Shown here: positions 57,868 through 64,000 of the stretch, in pieces
How positions within the stretch are numbered: position 1 is the first letter of the stretch
How the letters are laid out: each line of letters starts with the position of its first letter
DNA from: a virus
Taxonomy: Duplodnaviria; Caudoviricetes
Direction: 5' to 3' (one strand)
DNA length: 64,000 nucleotides
Virus record (IMG/VR): IMGVR_UViG_2671180233_000001
Coordinates: 1-64,000 of that record
The notes under the pieces: generated by a model
Seen by the model: the letters and a program-made list of their open reading frames with translations, nothing else
Databases searched by the model: none
What the model was told of the DNA's origin: nothing
Made by a program: the position numbers and the translations under genes

Positions 57868-60800
57868 ATGATCCGGACAAAAGTATTAGGTGAAGCGGCA
57901 GGAATTCAGTGGTCAGGCTTACAGGATCGAACTGAAACAAATAGCGTGACCGGCTTGGGTGCACCATTGATTGTCGGTCAATTCCGCCGTGGTCGTATCG
58001 ATAAGCCGATGACTATTACAAATAGCAATATCAAGGCCGAACTAGGCTATGACCCGACTAATAAAGATTATATCGCTGTCCAGTCTATGCTTGATACCGG
58101 AGTGCCTAGTGTGCAGGTGTTACGGATTTCTGATTTGTGGGATGTGCAATATACACTTATCTCAACAGGGGAAGTTATACGGATATATCATGCAGGGAAT
58201 ATCCCTGCGAATGCATACCGTGGTCGTAAGGCGACTGTTGTTGAGCTAAGTGCAGAAGAACAAGCTGAACTTACGGAAGATGAATTAGAGCAATACCTAT
58301 GGGAGATGTCTTTCCCAATAATTGATGATCGAAAAGATCTAATTATTAATAAAAGTGTTCGCCACATTGGTGAATGGGCATTCGCTAATTGGCAGAATGT
58401 TGGCACCGTTACGTTATTAAGTGGTGGCATGGTAGACGAATATGCATTCGTGAACATGGATGGCGTAATAGATATATCAGTAGATAATGTTAATACTCTA
58501 GGTAAAAGCGCATTTGGGGCAGTAACTGCAATCAACGTTACAATTACAAATACCTTAATGATCGATGAGGGTGCTTTTGGTGGCTCTACGATTGAAAATC
58601 TCTCGATTGGTAAAGATTCACTAATTAAAACTATTGTTGGAATTAGAGCTTTTTCTGGTTCTAAAATTATGAATCTTAAAATTAAATCTAGCGTGGATAC
58701 TCTTAAGTCGGACTCTTTTTCAGCTACAGGGATTGGATCAATATCTATTGATGAAGGACTGCGAGTAATTGAAGGGCAAACAAAGATTATTATCTCCGAT
58801 ACACAGTTTTCAATTCTGGGAGGGGCTTTTGCTGGTGTATCTAAACTTAATGAAAATTGGGAAAAAGTATCAACTACTAATCAAGAGTATGATCCTGTTA
58901 CAGAACAATGGATTAGAACTTTTAATTACTTTGATTTAACAATTCCTTCGAGTGTTGAATATATTGGTGTTAGTGCATTCCCTTATAGTCCGATCGGTAA
59001 CTTAAAAATTATTGGGAATGAAAAATTAATTTTAGATGTAAGCTGTTTTGCCGCTGGTAATTTTAAGTCAATCGTAATTCTGCAAGTAGACCGTATTGAA
59101 CATGATGCTTTTGGAGCTGCTCATAATTATTTAGAAAGTTTCGTAATTGGTCATGCAAATGTTGTAGACGGTGCGCAATTCGCCAGTGGTAATGGTTGGG
59201 TTGTTAATTCGATATTTGATATTAACGTAGATGATCTAAGTGGTAATGCCTTACCGAAAGCTCACAACAGCTTAAAACATTTACGAATTAAAACAAAAGG
59301 TTCTATCAAAGGAGGAACTGTAAATTATCTAAGAGGATTAGAAAGCCTGGTTATTGAAGCGGAAGGAGTAATTGAACCTGGCGGTATATTAATGACCCGT
59401 TCCGATACGGCGACAATAACAGCCAAAGGGATTGAAAACGGTGGTATTGAAAGTCTAATAACTCGTATGGTGGATTACCCTAATCTAGATGCAAGAGGTT
59501 GGTCAGGAAATAGTGCAAAATGCTGGGGAACCGTAGAACTAAATGTAGATTACATTGGTGATGGTGGCTGTGTAAACTCTAGCTTTTATGAAATAAACTT
59601 AAACCCTAATAATCCAGATAAAAAAGACAAATTAATCAGTATTGGAAACGGTGCATTTATTTATGGTGGTGTATTTAAAGGAATTGATTGGGAGGTGGAT
59701 ACGGTTGGTAGTGGGGCATTCATAACCGCTTCAATGGGGAATACTAGACTTAAGGTAAATGAATCTATTGGAAACGCAGCATTTCTAGGTACTTACTACA
59801 TGGGAGATTCTCTTTCTATATCGGCACCTACCTTACCAGAAAGATGTATTGCAATGTTCAATGGCGGAAATTTGTCTAGTGATAAATTAGATATAATAAT
59901 ATCTGCGGAAACGATTGAAAATCAATCTTATGTCTGGAGAAGTTTTAGTAAAACAATATTAGATACCGTTGAAATCAAAGACGGTGCTTTTATTGTTCAA
60001 AATTTCCGTAACGGATTAGAGTTTAGTAATCGATTAGAATATATCGGTAAAGGTGCATTTAACACTGCATATATTTACCAACCTGACGGAAATTTTAATA
60101 TTCCAAAATCAACTCGAAAAATTGATGAAGCTGCTTTTGTAACTTGTAACTTTTATAAAGAAAATAATGATGGGCAGCCTATTGAAATCGTAATTGATGG
60201 TACTCAGCTTGAAATTGAAAATAGTGCTTTCGTCAGTAGTAATCCACCTGTCGGTTCTAAAGTAAAGATTATTGCTGATGTTAAACGTGTTGCCAGTCAT
60301 GCATTTTGTAATATGTATGGGATTACTGAATTTGATTTGGGTGAAGGTTGGGAAACAATTGAACCAACAACGTTCGCAGGAATACAAAATGTGTCCAAAT
60401 GGCATATTCCTGCGAACGTTAAAGTGATTAAATCAGGTGCTTTTCAGAATAATACTGGAATGACTGAGTTAACTTTTGATAAAGGGGTCGAGATAATCGA
60501 GGCAGCTTTCCTTGCTGCTGGGCCTGATCAAGGCCCTAATAAACTGGGTATTCGGCAAGTTATTTTCCCTGATTCATTAAAAGAATTTTCAGCTTCTTTT
60601 GAGGCTTCTGCACTTGAAACAGTTGTTTTACCTCGCAGCCTAGAGAAATTCTATTGGGGTGCTTATACTTCAGTAGGTGAGATTTATAGCACAATGTATA
60701 GTTTAGCACCTAGTACATTAGATACTCTATTTCTAAGAGATGGAGTGAAGCCAACTCTAATGACCATTGATGTTGCTTCCATCTCAATTAAACCGAATGT

Positions 60801-61638
60801 TTTAATTTATGTTACTGACATAAAGCAATATTACCAAGACGATCAGTGGAACAGATTTGTTCCACATATGATTCAATATCAAGAAACTGACCCTGATAAC
60901 TGGAATATGATTCCACAGGTTCCTGAGTTTAATATTCCTACTGATTTAGAGGGTTGGGATATTCAATATCTGGATATGATAGAGAATAAAATTATCAGAG
61001 TTAGTTTTGAAAATGGGGTTATTCCAGCAGGCTATCTGGCTGGTAACTCTATTTTGATAGATAACCTCATCATCAATAGCACAATTGTTACTATTATGCC
61101 TGCTGCATTTGCTGGGCATGGTGAAATCAAGAAAGTTAAATTCTTGGGTAATAATCTATTAAATATCGGTAGTAGCGCATTTGCTGCTGCCATAAGAATT
61201 CGGAATTTAGATATACCTTCTAGTGTAGAGAGAATTGGTTCAGGTGCTTTCGCTGGTATGAGTTTCCTTGAGACAGCGAGTATTTCATTGTCAGGCTATG
61301 TTTCGTTGGATACTTCGGTCTTTAGTGGATGGCCATCTTCCATTGAGACCCCTGAAAATGTATTACCTGATTCGCCTGTATTCACAACACTGACCGCTAC
61401 AATCATTGAAGGTACGGCAACTTATGGTGATACAGCCTACATAGAAAGAGAAGGGGCAATAATAGGTAGTGCACTAGTATCTGAAGACGGCAGTTTTATC
61501 ATTGATCTAACTCAAACTGAGGTAGAGGAAGGCGAAGATACCCCAATATTAATTGAGGGTGATATTGTTGATATTTACATTCGTGATATTGTCAGCAATA
61601 AATCTAAAGAAGTCACAGTTAATGTTGAATTGAATTAG
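57868..61638 (+). CDS. Sheath-N-like module fused to BspA-type leucine-rich repeats and a C-terminal Ig-like domain
   Basis: Many IP.SV..IG..AF repeats; first 87 aa duplicated at 54684. Confidence 0.85.
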   Translation: MIRTKVLGEAAGIQWSGLQDRTETNSVTGLGAPLIVGQFRRGRIDKPMTITNSNIKAELGYDPTNKDYIAVQSMLDTGVPSVQVLRISDLWDVQYTLISTGEVIRIYHAGNIPANAYRGRKATVVELSAEEQAELTEDELEQYLWEMSFPIIDDRKDLIINKSVRHIGEWAFANWQNVGTVTLLSGGMVDEYAFVNMDGVIDISVDNVNTLGKSAFGAVTAINVTITNTLMIDEGAFGGSTIENLSIGKDSLIKTIVGIRAFSGSKIMNLKIKSSVDTLKSDSFSATGIGSISIDEGLRVIEGQTKIIISDTQFSILGGAFAGVSKLNENWEKVSTTNQEYDPVTEQWIRTFNYFDLTIPSSVEYIGVSAFPYSPIGNLKIIGNEKLILDVSCFAAGNFKSIVILQVDRIEHDAFGAAHNYLESFVIGHANVVDGAQFASGNGWVVNSIFDINVDDLSGNALPKAHNSLKHLRIKTKGSIKGGTVNYLRGLESLVIEAEGVIEPGGILMTRSDTATITAKGIENGGIESLITRMVDYPNLDARGWSGNSAKCWGTVELNVDYIGDGGCVNSSFYEINLNPNNPDKKDKLISIGNGAFIYGGVFKGIDWEVDTVGSGAFITASMGNTRLKVNESIGNAAFLGTYYMGDSLSISAPTLPERCIAMFNGGNLSSDKLDIIISAETIENQSYVWRSFSKTILDTVEIKDGAFIVQNFRNGLEFSNRLEYIGKGAFNTAYIYQPDGNFNIPKSTRKIDEAAFVTCNFYKENNDGQPIEIVIDGTQLEIENSAFVSSNPPVGSKVKIIADVKRVASHAFCNMYGITEFDLGEGWETIEPTTFAGIQNVSKWHIPANVKVIKSGAFQNNTGMTELTFDKGVEIIEAAFLAAGPDQGPNKLGIRQVIFPDSLKEFSASFEASALETVVLPRSLEKFYWGAYTSVGEIYSTMYSLAPSTLDTLFLRDGVKPTLMTIDVASISIKPNVLIYVTDIKQYYQDDQWNRFVPHMIQYQETDPDNWNMIPQVPEFNIPTDLEGWDIQYLDMIENKIIRVSFENGVIPAGYLAGNSILIDNLIINSTIVTIMPAAFAGHGEIKKVKFLGNNLLNIGSSAFAAAIRIRNLDIPSSVERIGSGAFAGMSFLETASISLSGYVSLDTSVFSGWPSSIETPENVLPDSPVFTTLTATIIEGTATYGDTAYIEREGAIIGSALVSEDGSFIIDLTQTEVEEGEDTPILIEGDIVDIYIRDIVSNKSKEVTVNVELN

Positions 61639-62882
61639 TGGGAATAATCATGACTACTAATTTAAATACTGATCTTGAAAATGATCATATTCTTCATGAA
61701 CTGGCTCTCATTATCCCGGCACATAATGAAGAAAATGATTTACCAAAAACATTGCAATCAATATCAAAACAAACAGTAAAGCCGGGTTTAGTTGTGGTGG
61801 TTGCTGATAATTGTTCTGACCGAACAGTTGAGATAGCAAAGGCTTTTAATGTTACAGTTGTTGAAACTATTGACAACAAACATAAAAAAGCAGGAGCCTT
61901 AAACTATGGTTGGAATATGGTTAACGATTATGAATATGTTGCAACGTTAGATGCAGATACGATTTTAGAGGAAGAAGATTTTATTGAGAAATTACTAGCC
62001 CAATTAAAATCAGATCCTAATGTTGCCGGAATCATGCCACGATATACTGTCCAACACAGCAATCTACTTGAGAGAATGCAAATGTTAGAGTTTGCATCTA
62101 CAACACTTGAGTTACTTCGTCGAGGATGTCATACCCATACTTTAGGAGGTCAATTTTCTTTATTCAGAAATGAGATCTTAAAAGAGATTAAACTCTCTTA
62201 TGGTGTATGGTCACATGACTCTGTTGTTGAAGATATGGAGTTAACTGTGCGTTTATGGAAGCGTGGTTATCGCTGTGCCGTGTCTAGTGATACAAGGGCA
62301 GCTGCAGGAGGGATGTTTACATTAATGGGACTATGGTCTCAACGACGTAAATGGGAGGAAGGTATATTACGGATTCTGTTTGAAAATAAAATAGAGAAGT
62401 TCTTATACTTACCTTATCTTCGAACTGTGTCTTCTGTTTTTGATCTATGGATGCGGTTTATTCTATTATCAATGTGTTTTGTTAATTTTAATTATATTTG
62501 GTTATGGCTAATTACAATCATAACTTCAATTGATTATAAAGCTATTTATAAAGCACCTGATATTGAAAACCGTTGGAAGAATATGTTGTTGAGTACATGC
62601 TTTTTTGAGTTTTATACTTTTCATATTCTGTGTGTTAAGTTAGTTTCTTTATTTAGAATCATTGAGAGAAAGACTGATGATTTATGGAAGAAGCAACACA
62701 TTGCCGAGAAGAGTAAATCAAAATCGCTACCAGTAGCATATTGTGTTCTGGTTCTACTTCTCATGTTGGTTTTTGCAAGCGTTATCACGATACCAGCGCT
62801 TATTTTACAGGTTAGCGTTGTTGTACTGGTCATTCGTTTTATATATCGTTTAACCAGATCTGATAGCGGTTACATGCCATAA
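61638..62882 (+). CDS. Membrane GT2 processive glycosyltransferase (PgaC/HAS-like)
   Basis: IPAHNEE, DNCSD, KAGALN, DAD, VED and QRRKW motifs; C-terminal TM helices. Confidence 0.9.
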   Translation: MGIIMTTNLNTDLENDHILHELALIIPAHNEENDLPKTLQSISKQTVKPGLVVVVADNCSDRTVEIAKAFNVTVVETIDNKHKKAGALNYGWNMVNDYEYVATLDADTILEEEDFIEKLLAQLKSDPNVAGIMPRYTVQHSNLLERMQMLEFASTTLELLRRGCHTHTLGGQFSLFRNEILKEIKLSYGVWSHDSVVEDMELTVRLWKRGYRCAVSSDTRAAAGGMFTLMGLWSQRRKWEEGILRILFENKIEKFLYLPYLRTVSSVFDLWMRFILLSMCFVNFNYIWLWLITIITSIDYKAIYKAPDIENRWKNMLLSTCFFEFYTFHILCVKLVSLFRIIERKTDDLWKKQHIAEKSKSKSLPVAYCVLVLLLMLVFASVITIPALILQVSVVVLVIRFIYRLTRSDSGYMP

Positions 62883-62889
62883 TAACACT

Positions 62890-62957
62890 TGGAACCAAAC
62901 TCATATTCATATTTAAATCACTGTAACAATAGTTTCAAGTAATACTTTGAGGCTATT
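62890..62957 (+). promoter_or_regulatory. Late promoter element 13 (TGGAAC-N29-AACAAT) with RBS hairpin
   Basis: AATAGTTTCAA/TTGAGGCTATT with two U-G pairs over GAGG. Confidence 0.78.
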
Positions 62958-62962
62958 TAGCT

Positions 62963-64000
62963 GTGAAAAATACAAAACATTTCGTTCAAAAATATTCACC
63001 ACATACCAGCTTTAATGTGGCTAGATTTGACTCACTGGTAAATAGTGGATCCTGTTCAATTGGATATATTGCAGGGGACTACCGTCATTTGTCTGCAATA
63101 GTCACTGAAGATGCTACAGAAAATGATCTTTGGCATATCGTGAATTTCAATAAAGACAAAGCATATTTTGATTCCTGTGCTGTGCTTGGAGTTGTTGATG
63201 TAGAAGAAGCGCAGAACATAGCGCAACTCTATTTCGGGCGTATGTTTGATGGCATAGCCACGGATATTGTGGTTAGTAATGAAAATGGATTAAAACGGCA
63301 TTTGGATCATCCAGGATATCATCAAGGGAATCGGCCATTGATGAGCTGGCAATTAGAAAGATTACAGGATGTTCTTACCGGGACAATACCACAATGGGAT
63401 GGACTACAGCTTCGTTCTCACTCAGGAAGTCTTGCGAACTTAATGTTCGATATGACCGTGCACGATGATGATAATGGGTTACTGACAGACTTCGATGGCC
63501 TACCTTCATTATTGGAACATTTAGATGGTGAGTATCAGGAATTTGATGCCCTGATCGTAGATTACCAACATTTAGATAAATTCACTAGTCTGCTGCACAA
63601 AGCCATGAATACAGCATCTACAGGTGGTGTGTCTATTGCCAATGTTGAGATTTCCAAACCCTTTAAGCGCAAAAATGTCGTGAATGTGGCGGTTAGTTAC
63701 AACATGGCAGATGGTCAAAGTTTGACGGTTGTATATCATAATCCGGATAGTACACCCACAAAACTTGCTCCCAAGGATACATTGATTTCATGGAAAATCA
63801 TGCTCAATAACCGAGATATAACTGGAGCAATTCAACCCAATCAAGGCGAAGGAATTGCATTACCGATTCTTGCTGGCCGAATCATGCGGTTGGTTAATAA
63901 AAATAGTGCTCGGTTCCAGCGGACTCAAGCTAAAAAAGCCCAGAATCAACAATTATTGGCAGATGCTCAAGCTCGTATAGGTGAAAAAGAAAGAACTAAA
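62963..64000 (+). CDS. darA: DarA-like defence-against-restriction protein (5' part; missing from the ORF track)
   Basis: Open from GTG 62963 to the window end; DGQSLTVVYHNPD.TP.KL...D.LISWK.MLN.RDIT...RIM.LV.KNS.RF matches the DarA N-terminal domain. Confidence 0.8.
   Translation, partial: MKNTKHFVQKYSPHTSFNVARFDSLVNSGSCSIGYIAGDYRHLSAIVTEDATENDLWHIVNFNKDKAYFDSCAVLGVVDVEEAQNIAQLYFGRMFDGIATDIVVSNENGLKRHLDHPGYHQGNRPLMSWQLERLQDVLTGTIPQWDGLQLRSHSGSLANLMFDMTVHDDDNGLLTDFDGLPSLLEHLDGEYQEFDALIVDYQHLDKFTSLLHKAMNTASTGGVSIANVEISKPFKRKNVVNVAVSYNMADGQSLTVVYHNPDSTPTKLAPKDTLISWKIMLNNRDITGAIQPNQGEGIALPILAGRIMRLVNKNSARFQRTQAKKAQNQQLLADAQARIGEKERTK

Larger units (their letters stand above)
54684..58128 (+). 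repeat. 261-bp direct repeat (54684-54944 and 57868-58128)
   Basis: 17 mismatches by manual alignment, 15 synonymous. Confidence 0.95.
1..64000. mobile_element. Integrated temperate prophage (lambdoid early region plus P1-like myovirus late region), truncated at the right edge
   Basis: Continuous phage gene order from integrase to DarA-like gene; no flanking host chromosomal block; att sites not visible. Confidence 0.93.

Noticed and set aside
54684-58128. Diversity-generating retroelement TR/VR pair
   Set aside because: Mismatches are mostly synonymous third-position changes of all base types, not adenine-specific, and there is no reverse transcriptase in the window
25133-62930. TGGAAC as an ECF-sigma -35 box
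   Set aside because: The spacer is 29 nt rather than 16-17, and no conserved ECF -10 is seen at the normal distance
1-64000. CRISPR array, rRNA genes or att core
   Set aside because: No regularly spaced repeats or rRNA-like sequence seen; the window starts at the int stop, so the att site lies outside

Overview
The window holds the left ~64 kb of an AT-rich temperate prophage. The host is probably Acinetobacter (inferred from the BlsA-like, XseAB and Fis-like proteins). It begins exactly at the integrase stop codon and ends inside a DarA-like gene. The left half is lambdoid: int/xis, Fis-like protein, SF1 helicase, RecT/YqaJ, a cI/cro/cII switch with five 16-17-bp operators, two DNA methyltransferases, replication genes and RusA. 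The right half is a P1-like contractile-tail morphogenesis region (terminase, capsid, sheath, baseplate, portal, DarA) with many inserted accessory genes: XseAB, a TonB-C protein, a DUF4365/RNase-like fusion, GIY-YIG, a Tad1-like sponge, a BLUF photoreceptor, an LRR adhesin and a GT2 glycosyltransferase. The strongest unexplained signal is a regulatory element in front of 13 late transcription units: TGGAAC, exactly 29 nt, then an xAxxxT -10 hexamer. In 12 of 13 the -10 region is also the 5' arm of a hairpin whose 3' arm covers the ribosome-binding region. Other candidates are a nuclease-fusion gene bracketed by structured RNAs and an antisense promoter, a duplicated sheath-like module fused to an LRR passenger, a putative pac repeat cluster, and a recurrent Phe-Asp motif in head proteins. 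All family calls come from motif recognition by eye, not database searches.
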